A stretch of DNA of 64,000 nt from Candidatus Nanohaloarchaea archaeon (GTDB taxonomy: Archaea; Nanohalarchaeota; Nanosalinia; Nanosalinales; Nanosalinaceae), in NCBI GenBank assembly GCA_014297435.1, contig JACOQA010000001.1:128001-192000 (forward strand). Reading direction: 5' to 3'. The notes beneath the pieces were generated by a model. That model was not told the DNA's origin. It worked only from the letters and a program-made list of their open reading frames with translations, and ran no database searches. Each line of letters begins with the position of its first letter. Positions within the stretch are counted from its first letter, which is position 1. Shown here one piece after another: positions 48,390 to 57,511 of the stretch. The position numbers were made by a program, and so were the translations under genes.

Positions 48390-48925
48390 TCGCAGGCATA
48401 ATACTTTCGGAAACAGACAAGGAAAAGGTCCATATAGCTTTTCTTGGAGATGAAAAGACGGAAACTCTTTCACTAAAGGACAACGAGAAGATTGTGGAGA
48501 AACTGAAAAAAGAGGAGCCTGATATTGTTGCTGTTGACGCAGACACCGAGCACGGTGAGGATGAATTCTCGGAAAGAGAGGAGGAGCTGAAGGAGGAAGG
48601 TTACAACTTTACTCCTGCCTCTGCAGAGAAAAGAAAGGTCAAGAGACTACAAGGATTGAAAGCGATTCTAAGAAGGGATATGGAGATGCCGCCTGAGTTC
48701 ATCCGGTTTGATCCGTTCATTTCGGCGAGAGAATTGGCTTTAGAGGACGAAAGAGGTCTTGAATCATTGGGTATAGAGACTGAAGGCATTAAATCTGATC
48801 GGCAGTTTGATGCGATGCTTGGAGCGGTTACTGCCCGTTTCTATGATCAGAGTCAGTTCAGGGATCTAGGTGTTATAGTGCCCGGAGAACATGAGGAAGA
48901 CGAAGATACTGATGAACGGGCATAA
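48386..48925 (+). CDS. DUF429-like (RNase H fold) protein, degenerate
   Basis: IAGII, DIVAVDA, EEELKEEGY, FDAMLGAVTA. Confidence 0.6.
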   Translation: MIAGIILSETDKEKVHIAFLGDEKTETLSLKDNEKIVEKLKKEEPDIVAVDADTEHGEDEFSEREEELKEEGYNFTPASAEKRKVKRLQGLKAILRRDMEMPPEFIRFDPFISARELALEDERGLESLGIETEGIKSDRQFDAMLGAVTARFYDQSQFRDLGVIVPGEHEEDEDTDERA

Positions 48926-48971
48926 CAGTTAAAAAGATTTTACGAGCTTTAAGTGAATACAGGTCTTCAAA

Positions 48972-49316
48972 ATGGGAATGGAAAAATTCTACAGGACGGT
49001 CAGGCAGAAGTTCGGAGTTGAAAAGGAACAGATAAAGGAAGAGATGAAGGATGAGATCACTGAAGAACTTCGACAGGAGTTCGCACAGGAGATTTCCTAC
49101 ATCGAAGCTCAGATGAAAGAATACGAACAGTTCGTAGCCGAAGTCAACCACATGCTCTCCAAGATGAGAAAAGAGAGAGTAAGAGCTGGAGGAAACGGGG
49201 ATAAACAGATCAAAATGGATGAGTTTGATCAGGATCTTGAGCCGCTGAAGAACAAGCTTCAGGAGCTCGAAGAATCGATGCAAAAAAGGCTGGACGAACA
49301 GAAAGCCTACAGCTAA
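48972..49316 (+). CDS. Hypothetical coiled-coil protein
   Basis: Amphipathic N-terminus, helical acidic body. Confidence 0.7.
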   Translation: MGMEKFYRTVRQKFGVEKEQIKEEMKDEITEELRQEFAQEISYIEAQMKEYEQFVAEVNHMLSKMRKERVRAGGNGDKQIKMDEFDQDLEPLKNKLQELEESMQKRLDEQKAYS

Positions 49317-49331
49317 ATTTCTATCTTTTTC

Positions 49332-50213
49332 CTACTCAAGTATTTCTTCCACGAACTCTTCTTTATTAAACATCTCTAAATCTTCGTAACCCTGTCCATC
49401 TCCTATGTACGCAACAGGTTTTCCTGAGCGTTGTGAGATAGATATTATTGCGCCGCCATTCTCATCAACATCCATCTTGGTAACTATTACAGCGTCGAAC
49501 ATTCCCTCATAGGCTTCGGCCTGCTCAAGTACATCATTTCCTGCGAGCGCATCGACAACCAGAAAGGTTATATCTGGATCGTTGACGTCGATCATTTTTT
49601 CCAACTCGTCCATGAGATTTCTGTTGGAGTGTGAACGTCCTGCCGTATCAACTAACGCAACTTTATCCTCTTTCTCCGCGTGCTCCACAGTATCGTAGCC
49701 TACAGCCGCAGGATCGGACTCATACTCGTGAGAAACCACGTCTATTCCTAGGTTTTCGCCGTGCTCATCTAACTGTTCGATCGATGCAGCTCTAAACGTG
49801 TCTCCGGCACCCATCACAACATCCTGGTCGAGCTGTGATGCGAGCTTAGCCAAGGTGGTTGTCTTTCCTGAGCCGTTGAAACCTATGAGAAATACCGTGG
49901 CTGGATCTTCTGCATCCGCAATCTCTTTTTCAAGGTTGAAGGAATCGTCCAGAAGTTCAATTAAAGTTTCTTTAACCGTCTCATTCACTCTTTCCTCTGC
50001 ACCCATTCTCTTAACGTTTGTTCCAAGAAGCTGATCTCTTAGCTCGTCTTCTATTGCTTCGGCAGCTTCTAGAGAGACATTGTTCTGCAGAAGCTTCAAC
50101 CTGAGTTCTTCAAGTAGAGGTTCTAGTGTTTCTTCATCCAGCTCTTTTTCAGCCACCGCAGATTTAACATTCTCCGAGAAATCCTTCACCGAGTCTTTGA
50201 ACTTGTCCAACAT
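49332..50213 (-). CDS. ftsY: SRP receptor FtsY
   Basis: GFNGSGKTTT, DTFRAA, DPAAV, DTAGR, TKMD, GQGYEDL. Confidence 0.97.
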   Translation of the reverse strand: MLDKFKDSVKDFSENVKSAVAEKELDEETLEPLLEELRLKLLQNNVSLEAAEAIEDELRDQLLGTNVKRMGAEERVNETVKETLIELLDDSFNLEKEIADAEDPATVFLIGFNGSGKTTTLAKLASQLDQDVVMGAGDTFRAASIEQLDEHGENLGIDVVSHEYESDPAAVGYDTVEHAEKEDKVALVDTAGRSHSNRNLMDELEKMIDVNDPDITFLVVDALAGNDVLEQAEAYEGMFDAVIVTKMDVDENGGAIISISQRSGKPVAYIGDGQGYEDLEMFNKEEFVEEILE

Positions 50214-50448
50214 ATTATTTTTACTCCCTCACAACTAGAAACGAATGATGAAGAATTATTAAAATAGGACTAGTCTTACCGAACCGAGTTATTCTCTGCC
50301 GAATCAGCTAATCTCGAGATCTATTCTACGTGTTTCAAAGGTATCTAACTACCCAATCCAGCACGGTCCTCGAGTATTAAGTCGCATTCACTTTCTATCA
50401 TATGCCAGTCTTCTGATAATTCAGAATATGAGAGATTAAAAATGAGGA

Positions 50449-50868
50449 CTATTGTTCAGCAGCGCCTTCACGTGCTTCCTGTATCTGCTGCTGGATCTCT
50501 TGCATCTGGGACTGGAGCTCCTGCATCGTCGAGTTCAGATCCTCTCTAGTCTCGACTAGTTCTTTTCTTCTTCCATCCAAGATTTCTTCAGCATCTTCAG
50601 TATCTCTCTTCTCGAAGGCTTCTCCGCCAATATTCGTGACGATCTTTGAGTTCTCCTTCAGTTCTCCTACTACAAAGGCGCCTGAACCTATAGGAACCAA
50701 AATCTCGGATCCTTCTTCCTGGTCTTCAAGCTGGTTTACAGCATCAATAGTTTCGTTCATCTCGTCTATATTATCTTCTACTTGGTCGATGAACCCCTGT
50801 ACCTGTTCTAGCTGTTGCTGGATCTGCTGGTACTTCTGCATCGACTGCTGTACATCTTCATCTGGCAT
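50449..50868 (-). CDS. pfdA: Prefoldin alpha subunit
   Basis: EILVPIGSGAFV hairpin flanked by coiled coils. Confidence 0.94.
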   Translation of the reverse strand: MPDEDVQQSMQKYQQIQQQLEQVQGFIDQVEDNIDEMNETIDAVNQLEDQEEGSEILVPIGSGAFVVGELKENSKIVTNIGGEAFEKRDTEDAEEILDGRRKELVETREDLNSTMQELQSQMQEIQQQIQEAREGAAEQ

Positions 50869-50875
50869 AGAAAAA

Positions 50876-51052
50876 TCACTCTACCTCTACTTCTTCGATA
50901 GAGATTTTTCCTCTTCCAATGCCGTGCTCGGAGCCCAGCTCTGATAGTACTTGGTCTTTGGCTTGTTTCTCTGACTCTGCGTCTACCTGTCTTTCGAATC
51001 CGTGGTTACCTCTTCCGAGCTCGATTTCTCCTGAGATGCTGTAAGTTGTCAT
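50876..51052 (-). CDS. rplX: 50S ribosomal protein LX (L18Ae/eL20)
   Basis: FERQVDAESE, SELGSEHG, ISIEEVE; synteny. Confidence 0.9.
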   Translation of the reverse strand: MTTYSISGEIELGRGNHGFERQVDAESEKQAKDQVLSELGSEHGIGRGKISIEEVEVE

Positions 51053-51217
51053 ACCCGAATTCTCGCGTCTCAACTTTTTAAACCCACCGAAACGGTTTAC
51101 TACACTTGGACTAGTTCAGTTTACTGCTCTCTCCAGACTCATAAAACTGTGATCGGTTCACTCTATGAGGTCGTTCTAAAACTTCACGATACTCCTTTGA
51201 TAATCTAAATTCTCAAA

Positions 51218-51862
51218 TCACTCATGATCTTCCATAACACGATCAATACGTCCGATCTCAGGACCTGTCGTATCATGACCTATTAGAATCAGAGAATCGT
51301 TTCCGACAGCTCCCGAACCTACGAAAGGAGAACCTGTGTTGATTGTTCCGATATCTATATCCTCAACCTGTAAGATTTCCTTGATCTTCTCGGCATCTTC
51401 TTCTGAAGCGTCCCTGTGAAGTACTGCACCCCTCGAGTTCGCTATACCGCAGACTCCCGGGTTAGGGATTCCTGCAACTTTTCTTGTTATGACGGGTACA
51501 TCGAGCGCTTCCGAGATCTTGGTCTTCTCGTGCTCAAGTTCAGGGGAGATTACCGCACCTTTATCATTAGCTAGAACAACGTTTCCTAGAGCTGATTCGA
51601 CCGAGTCGATTACTTCGTAGTTTATGTCTGCTTCCTCTAGTTTTTCTTCTTCGTATTCTTTGATTGATTCAGGAACTAGTAGGCAGTTAGAGTTTCCTGC
51701 GGTAAACAGTCCTACGAGGTTGGTTCCGGCTATTCTTGTCTCTACCTGTTTCTCCGGCAGATCTTCTTCCTCAAACTCTCGAGCTTTCACTGCGTATTCG
51801 TTGGTTAACGTCAGGTAGAATCCTGTGTTGATGTCTCCTTTGTAGTTGTATTTCTGTATCAA
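51218..51862 (-). CDS. eif6: Translation initiation factor 6 (aIF6)
   Basis: AGNSN, GNVVLANDKGAV, GTINTGSPFVGSG, TTGPEIGRI. Confidence 0.95.
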   Translation of the reverse strand: MIQKYNYKGDINTGFYLTLTNEYAVKAREFEEEDLPEKQVETRIAGTNLVGLFTAGNSNCLLVPESIKEYEEEKLEEADINYEVIDSVESALGNVVLANDKGAVISPELEHEKTKISEALDVPVITRKVAGIPNPGVCGIANSRGAVLHRDASEEDAEKIKEILQVEDIDIGTINTGSPFVGSGAVGNDSLILIGHDTTGPEIGRIDRVMEDHE

Positions 51863-51910
51863 AACGGTTGAACCTCGTAGAACAAATAAATTGGAGAGTA
51901 AAAAATGATT

Positions 51911-52084
51911 TTACTCGTCTGTGTCGCCGCTTCTCCAGTGGCGGGACTTTCTTGGCTTGATAGACTTCTGTCTTGCCTTGTCCATTCCGAACGCTTTGAG
52001 TGAAACCCAGCGTGGTGCGGATTTGGCTGATTTGTTTGCTTTAGCTAGACGCTTCTTCTTTCCTTTCGACTTGTTTGAACTCAT
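51911..52084 (-). CDS. rpl39e: 50S ribosomal protein L39e (not in ORF track)
   Basis: Hand translation MSSNKSKGKKKRLAKANKSAKSAPRWVSLKAFGMDKARQKSIKPRKSRHWRSGDTDE. Confidence 0.92.
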   Translation of the reverse strand: MSSNKSKGKKKRLAKANKSAKSAPRWVSLKAFGMDKARQKSIKPRKSRHWRSGDTDE

Positions 52085-52096
52085 AGTATCTTCTTT

Positions 52097-52417
52097 TCAC
52101 CTTCTGAATTTTATATCTGATTCGTCTTTGTCGTCTTGAATCTGTTTAAGGATCTGTTTCATCCTTTCGTCCGTGACCTTGCTTATCCGACCTTTCTCGC
52201 CGAGCATCGTTATCTGCCGTGCAACAGACAATGCCAGATCTTCTTTAACAGCCTTGATGTTTGAAAGCCTGTCTTTCGCATCACTTGTCATATATTTCCT
52301 GGCTCGAGACCAGACCTGTTGTTTCTGCTGTTCTGCTGCTTCTTCACGAGCTTCTTCCTGTCCCTGAAGTTCCTTCCTCTTCTGTTCTCTCAGTTCTTCA
52401 AGCTCGTCGTCATCCAT
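52097..52417 (-). CDS. PDCD5-like DNA-binding protein
   Basis: DDELEELREQK, AKDRLSNIKAVK, IKFRR; synteny with rps19e. Confidence 0.92.
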   Translation of the reverse strand: MDDDELEELREQKRKELQGQEEAREEAAEQQKQQVWSRARKYMTSDAKDRLSNIKAVKEDLALSVARQITMLGEKGRISKVTDERMKQILKQIQDDKDESDIKFRR

Positions 52418-52423
52418 CGTACT

Positions 52424-52831
52424 TTATTCGACGGTGTTAGCCCTTGCGTCCAGGAAGCTCTTTCCTTTCTCCGTGATCTTCCGACCTTCTCCTTCTTCCT
52501 CTTCAACAAGTCCTGCGTCTTCAAGGTTCTGGAGAGCTGTACGGATTACTTTCCCGGATGCCTTCGAATGATGCTCCGGTGCGTGACCGTTGTTCTTGTT
52601 TGTGCCGTAGATAGTTCTAAGCTTTGAAACGCCTAGAGGTCCTTCCATATAGATTCTTCTTAGGATCGCGGCACTTCTAATGTAGTACCAGTTTTCCTGC
52701 TGTGGAGGTTTCTCCTTTCCAACTCCTGTCTTTACGTAGTCGGTCCAGTCAGGTTCTTCAAACTCTTCTTCAAGATCTTTTGCAGCTTCCTTGATCAGGG
52801 GCTCTGCTTTTACGTCATAAGCCGTAGTCAT
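52424..52831 (-). CDS. rps19e: 30S ribosomal protein S19e
   Basis: PDWTDYVKTG, WYYIRSAAILRRIY, LQNLEDAGLV, GRKIT. Confidence 0.97.
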   Translation of the reverse strand: MTTAYDVKAEPLIKEAAKDLEEEFEEPDWTDYVKTGVGKEKPPQQENWYYIRSAAILRRIYMEGPLGVSKLRTIYGTNKNNGHAPEHHSKASGKVIRTALQNLEDAGLVEEEEGEGRKITEKGKSFLDARANTVE

Positions 52832-52879
52832 ACACATTCAATCTAAAGATAAACTTTTAAATGTGGGAACAGAAGGCAG

Positions 52880-54058
52880 TTAGATCTCGATCATCTCATG
52901 TCTGGCAATTAGAAATAACAGAACTGAGCCGCCCACAACAACTGTAACCCCTAAAACTGAAAGCGCCTGTGTTACCGAGTAGACATCTGAGATTAATCCT
53001 ATGCCTGGCATGAGAGCTGCTTGCAGAAGCCTTCCTACCAAGCTCTGTGTCGAGAGTATGGTGGAACGGTTCTCTGAATCAACAATTTTGTTGATGTAAT
53101 CGGATATAACTGGCTTTGAGAATCCTCGTACGAACTGCTGTAGGAAGACAAAGCCGAAGGCGAAGATAAAGACGAAGCTTGACATTAAAGCCAAGCTAGC
53201 GGTTAAAAAGAACATAAGGCTGACGAGTGATAGCGTCATTCCAAGTCTATCCTCTATGGCATGAGCGTACTTTGAAGCTCCTGCGGAAACTACGTTAAAA
53301 CCTGCAAATATTAAACCAAATGAAGCAACCTGCAGACCCGTAAGCTTGAAATAGGGCTGGTAAAGCCAGAAAGCTGTCTGCAGAGATGCATAGATAAACG
53401 CTCCATAAAGGATCAAAAGTCTTAGATCTTTTGTTCTTGCGACCTCGTTAACTATAGCTTTTAGACCCTTGGTCTCTTCATCGCCCAAATCCTTGTGGTG
53501 TTTCGGCTCCTTTAACGTGTAGGCTACAGGTATCATCGCAGCAATCACAGGTAACTGGGCGTAGAAAGTCCATCGAAGATTAAATTCTCCTATAAACCCT
53601 CCCAATATTGCGGCAGCCGCAGCCGTTATCATGTAGTAGGAGGTGGAACGACCCCATCTCTCCTTGTAAGTATCTTCCTCTCCAAGCTCGACCAGAGTAT
53701 CGTAGAACATAGCTGTGTCCGCACCTGAAACAAGTGAGACTCCTATTGCCCAGATAATCTCGGCCACAAGAAACTCTAGGAAGCCCTGACCAATTGCGTA
53801 GACCCCCATTCCGAGAGTGGCAAACATCGAAGCCGCCACTAAAGTGTTTTTCCTTCCATAGATATCAGCGATGTAGCCAGAAGGCACTTCAAGCATAATA
53901 ACTGAAATGGCAAAGAGCGCCTGTAGAACCATGACTTCGAACATGGAGAGACCGTTCTGCTTCCAGAAGAGAACAATAATAGGTGTCATCAGTAGAGCGC
54001 CGTAAAGCGCTCTGAATATGTAGAGCTTAGGAATATTTGACTCCAGTTCCGCGGTCAT
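52880..54058 (-). CDS. MFS transporter
   Basis: ~12 TM segments, EVPSGYIADIYGRK, SGADTA. Confidence 0.93.
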   Translation of the reverse strand: MTAELESNIPKLYIFRALYGALLMTPIIVLFWKQNGLSMFEVMVLQALFAISVIMLEVPSGYIADIYGRKNTLVAASMFATLGMGVYAIGQGFLEFLVAEIIWAIGVSLVSGADTAMFYDTLVELGEEDTYKERWGRSTSYYMITAAAAAILGGFIGEFNLRWTFYAQLPVIAAMIPVAYTLKEPKHHKDLGDEETKGLKAIVNEVARTKDLRLLILYGAFIYASLQTAFWLYQPYFKLTGLQVASFGLIFAGFNVVSAGASKYAHAIEDRLGMTLSLVSLMFFLTASLALMSSFVFIFAFGFVFLQQFVRGFSKPVISDYINKIVDSENRSTILSTQSLVGRLLQAALMPGIGLISDVYSVTQALSVLGVTVVVGGSVLLFLIARHEMIEI

Positions 54059-54101
54059 TCAATTGAAATTTAGTAGGAGGGGAAAATAAAAAGAGAGGGC
54101 T

Positions 54102-54851
54102 TTAGGCGTACTCATCAGGAATGTCTGCCCAGCCTAACTCTTCGAGTTTCTCCGCTTCGTATTCTGTGGTGCCACTGACGGCATCGATGTTCGGATCTCC
54201 TCGTTCCATCTGCTGCTTGAGAGTGTTCCCGGCCTTTTTCTTAACTGCCTCGCTTACCTTCTGATAGTCGTTGAGCTCATCTATCACAGCTCCTCCCAGT
54301 CCAAGGGTGTAGCCTTCCGGTCTTTCGTCTCCTTCCTGTACATAATCGGTGAACTCTTTCATCACGCCAGGTGTAGAAGTCACGTTTGTGTGTGCTACTG
54401 TCTCATCGCCGTCCTTGAGTTCGACTCTTTGAAGGTTGCTGTGCATAGAGTCTCTTATAGCTCTCTCGAGTCCAGCGGTTACCTTGTAGAATGCTTCCCC
54501 GACCATATTCTCATCCATGGCTTCATCAACGGCTTCATCATAAAGTTCATCTACTTCGCCGATATCTACTTCGAGTTCGCTGGCAGTAGATCCTACGTTA
54601 CCGGCTTTTAGATCTATTGCTGAGTCGCTTATCCGCTCGCTATAACCTTCGATCTCATTATCGTTAATACCGGTTCTCCATGATTCTACATCGTTGTAAA
54701 GTTTGTTTGCGAATCTTGCTTCGACGCTGTCGTACTTTGTCTCTCCGGTTCTTTCGGTAAAGAGATCTTCGACTGCAGTATCGTGTTCTTTTTCTAGAAG
54801 TGTTTCGTCATCTGTGAAGTCGTCAACGTAGTCTCGTATTTTATCGAACAT
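54102..54851 (-). CDS. Hypothetical acidic helical protein
   Basis: 249 aa ORF; begins MFDKIRDYVDDF. Confidence 0.75.
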   Translation of the reverse strand: MFDKIRDYVDDFTDDETLLEKEHDTAVEDLFTERTGETKYDSVEARFANKLYNDVESWRTGINDNEIEGYSERISDSAIDLKAGNVGSTASELEVDIGEVDELYDEAVDEAMDENMVGEAFYKVTAGLERAIRDSMHSNLQRVELKDGDETVAHTNVTSTPGVMKEFTDYVQEGDERPEGYTLGLGGAVIDELNDYQKVSEAVKKKAGNTLKQQMERGDPNIDAVSGTTEYEAEKLEELGWADIPDEYA

Positions 54852-54909
54852 GTGTTGTTACTAGTAAGAAATAATTAAAAAAGTGGTGCTCTTGGGAGCC
54901 CGCCAACTC

Positions 54910-56835
54910 TCAGTTGAGGAAGTCGGTTCTGAGTTTCTTCTCCTCAACTTCATCTCTCAACCTCTCTCTGAACTCTTCGACGCTGATATCACTTTCTTCA
55001 CGCTCCTTTCTGTCCCGGACTGAAAGGTTTCCTGCTTCTTCCTCATCGTCTCCAAGGATCAGCATGTAAGGAACGTTGTCGTCGTGAGCTGCCTGAATCT
55101 TCTTCCCGACAGTCCACGAACGGCTCTCTATCTCTACCCGGAAGTCGTCAAGCTCTTCCTGGATTTCCCGTGCATAATTAATGTTGTCGTCCGTAACAGG
55201 AAGGATCCTTACCTGTTCAGGAGCTAACCACGTCGGGAAGTCTCCTGCGAAGTGCTCGATCATTACTCCCATGAAGCGTTCGATGCTTCCGAGGATCGCT
55301 CTGTGAAGCATGACTGGATAGTGCTCTTCGTTGTCTTTACCAACGTACTTGAGACCGTAGTTTCTCGGAATAACAAAGTCGAGTTGAACTGTTCCTAGTT
55401 GCCATTCACGTCCAATCGCGTCCTCTACTTCTACGCCGATCTTAGGTCCGTAGAAAGCACCTTCTTCAGGTTTAATCTCGTAATCATCTACTTTTTCCTC
55501 TAAAGCATTTTTCAGGGCTGTTTCTGCCTCATCCCATAGCTCGTCCGGGCCCTGGGCTTTTGGAGGCTTTGTCTCCATTATGAAGTTGACCTCGAAACCA
55601 AACTCGTCGTACATCTCAATAATCTTCTCGAGGTGTGCTTTTACCTCTTCCTCGATCTGGTCTTTACGCATGTAGGCGTGTCCATCGTCCTGCGTCAGAA
55701 CACGGACTCTTAGAAGACCGGAAAGCTCTCCGCTCTGTTCATTACGGTTGACGGTTCCGAATTCGGAAAGCTTGATTGGAAGCTCTTTGTAGCTTCTCTT
55801 GTCACTGTCGAAGATATGGCTGTGGTTCGCACAGTTCATCGGTTTCAGACCGTACTCGGTGTCGTCTTGTTCCCAGGCAAACATCTCGCCTTCTTCCTTG
55901 AAGGCTTCGTAGTGACCTGTCTTCTTCCAAAGTTCGGCTTTGTTCAGTTCTGGTGTCCAGACCTCTTCGTAACCGAGTTCTTTGTTCTTCTCACGGATGT
56001 ACTCTTCCAGCTCTCTCCTGATTGTCATGCCGGCACGATGGTAGTGAGGCGCTCCCGGAGCGTGTTCGGGTACGGAGAATAGATCCATCTCCTTCCCGAT
56101 CTTTCTGTGGTCGCGTTTCTCGGCCTCCCTCTTCTTTTCAAGGAAGTCTTCAAGTTTTGACTCTGTCGGGAATGCTGTTCCATAAACTCTTGTCAGCATC
56201 TCGTTTTCTTCATCTCCTCTCCAGTAAGCTCCGGCAATCTCCAGAAGCTTGAAACCTTCTACTTCGCCTGTCGAGGAGACGTGAGGTCCTTTACACAGGT
56301 CCTTGAACTCTCCCTGTTTATAGAAAGAAACCTCGTCGCCTTCACCGGCTTCGTTATTCAGAATCTCTCTTTTGTATTCGTTGTCTTCAAAGAACTCTTC
56401 TGCTTCTTCACGTGGAAGCATCTCTCTTTCGATTTCAAGGTTTTCTTCCACTATCTTCTGCATCTCTTCCTCTATCTCCTCGAAGTCTTCCTCCTCGATC
56501 TCGATCCCTTCAATATCGTAGTAGAAGCCTTCGTCAGTCCAAGGTCCGATTGTCAGTTTTACGTCGTCGCCGTAGATTCTCTTGAGTGCCTGCGCAAATA
56601 CGTGGGCTGCGGAGTGTCTTAGAACCTGGATATATTCATCGCTCTGATCCGTAACTATCTCTATCTCATCTCCTTCTGACACGTTCTCTTCTTTCGCAAC
56701 CAGCTCGCTGTTGATCTTTCCTGCTACGGTATCGTCGCCGAGACCTGTACCTATCTCGTACGCTACATCTTCGATTGTTGCGTGTTCTTCGACCTCTAGC
56801 TCGGATCCGTCCGGAAGTTCCACTTGAATGCTCAT
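54910..56835 (-). CDS. thrS: Threonine--tRNA ligase, bacterial-type architecture
   Basis: TGS domain, HSAAH, DLCKGPH, RDHRKIG, KPMNC, AFYGPKI, HRAILGSIERF. Confidence 0.98.
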   Translation of the reverse strand: MSIQVELPDGSELEVEEHATIEDVAYEIGTGLGDDTVAGKINSELVAKEENVSEGDEIEIVTDQSDEYIQVLRHSAAHVFAQALKRIYGDDVKLTIGPWTDEGFYYDIEGIEIEEEDFEEIEEEMQKIVEENLEIEREMLPREEAEEFFEDNEYKREILNNEAGEGDEVSFYKQGEFKDLCKGPHVSSTGEVEGFKLLEIAGAYWRGDEENEMLTRVYGTAFPTESKLEDFLEKKREAEKRDHRKIGKEMDLFSVPEHAPGAPHYHRAGMTIRRELEEYIREKNKELGYEEVWTPELNKAELWKKTGHYEAFKEEGEMFAWEQDDTEYGLKPMNCANHSHIFDSDKRSYKELPIKLSEFGTVNRNEQSGELSGLLRVRVLTQDDGHAYMRKDQIEEEVKAHLEKIIEMYDEFGFEVNFIMETKPPKAQGPDELWDEAETALKNALEEKVDDYEIKPEEGAFYGPKIGVEVEDAIGREWQLGTVQLDFVIPRNYGLKYVGKDNEEHYPVMLHRAILGSIERFMGVMIEHFAGDFPTWLAPEQVRILPVTDDNINYAREIQEELDDFRVEIESRSWTVGKKIQAAHDDNVPYMLILGDDEEEAGNLSVRDRKEREESDISVEEFRERLRDEVEEKKLRTDFLN

Positions 56836-56998
56836 AACGCTTCACTTCGGAGAGAACTATTTAAACGGTTTTGAGTGCAGCTGCGACTACAGCTGTAGAA
56901 GTTCAACTTGCGACGGGGTAAAACATCCACCCTTCATAATTGATCAAGTATTATTGGATGTCTGAACAGTTAATAATCTTCCCCGACCCTTTATCGGT

Positions 56999-57511
56999 AT
57001 GATCAAAGTTCTCCGCCTCGGACACCGTGCAGGAAGGGACGACAGGATTTCAACACATGTAGGTCTTACCGCAAGACAGTGGGGTGCCGATGAAATTGTC
57101 TATTCGGGACAGCACGACTCAAGCATGATGCAGAGCGTCGAAGACATAGTTGAACGCTGGGGCGGAGACTTCACTGTAAGATATACAGAAGAGTGGAAGA
57201 AAGAGATAAGAGATTTTGAAGGTCTGAAATTCCACTTGACGATGTACGGAGAGAGAATCGATGATAAGATAGCTGAAATAAACGATGACTTAGATGAGAA
57301 GGACTTGATGATTATAGTTGGCGCAGAGAAGGTTCCTAGATGGGTTTACACACATGTTGACTTGAATATTTCTGTCGGAAACCAGCCTCACAGCGAGATA
57401 GCGGCGTTAGCGGTCTTTATGGATCGTGTAACCGAGATAAAAGATAGTTTTGAGGGGGCGGAGATAGAGGTAGAGCCAAGTGAGGATAGAAAGTTGACGG
57501 AGAAAAAGTAG
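56999..57511 (+). CDS. trm56: tRNA (cytidine56-2'-O)-methyltransferase
   Basis: LRLGHR, RISTHVGLTAR, HLTMYG, VGAEKVP, NQPHSEIAALA. Confidence 0.96.
   Translation: MIKVLRLGHRAGRDDRISTHVGLTARQWGADEIVYSGQHDSSMMQSVEDIVERWGGDFTVRYTEEWKKEIRDFEGLKFHLTMYGERIDDKIAEINDDLDEKDLMIIVGAEKVPRWVYTHVDLNISVGNQPHSEIAALAVFMDRVTEIKDSFEGAEIEVEPSEDRKLTEKK

Noticed and set aside
54910-56835. Bacterial-type ThrRS in an archaeon
   Set aside because: Already known in halophilic and some other archaea; not novel
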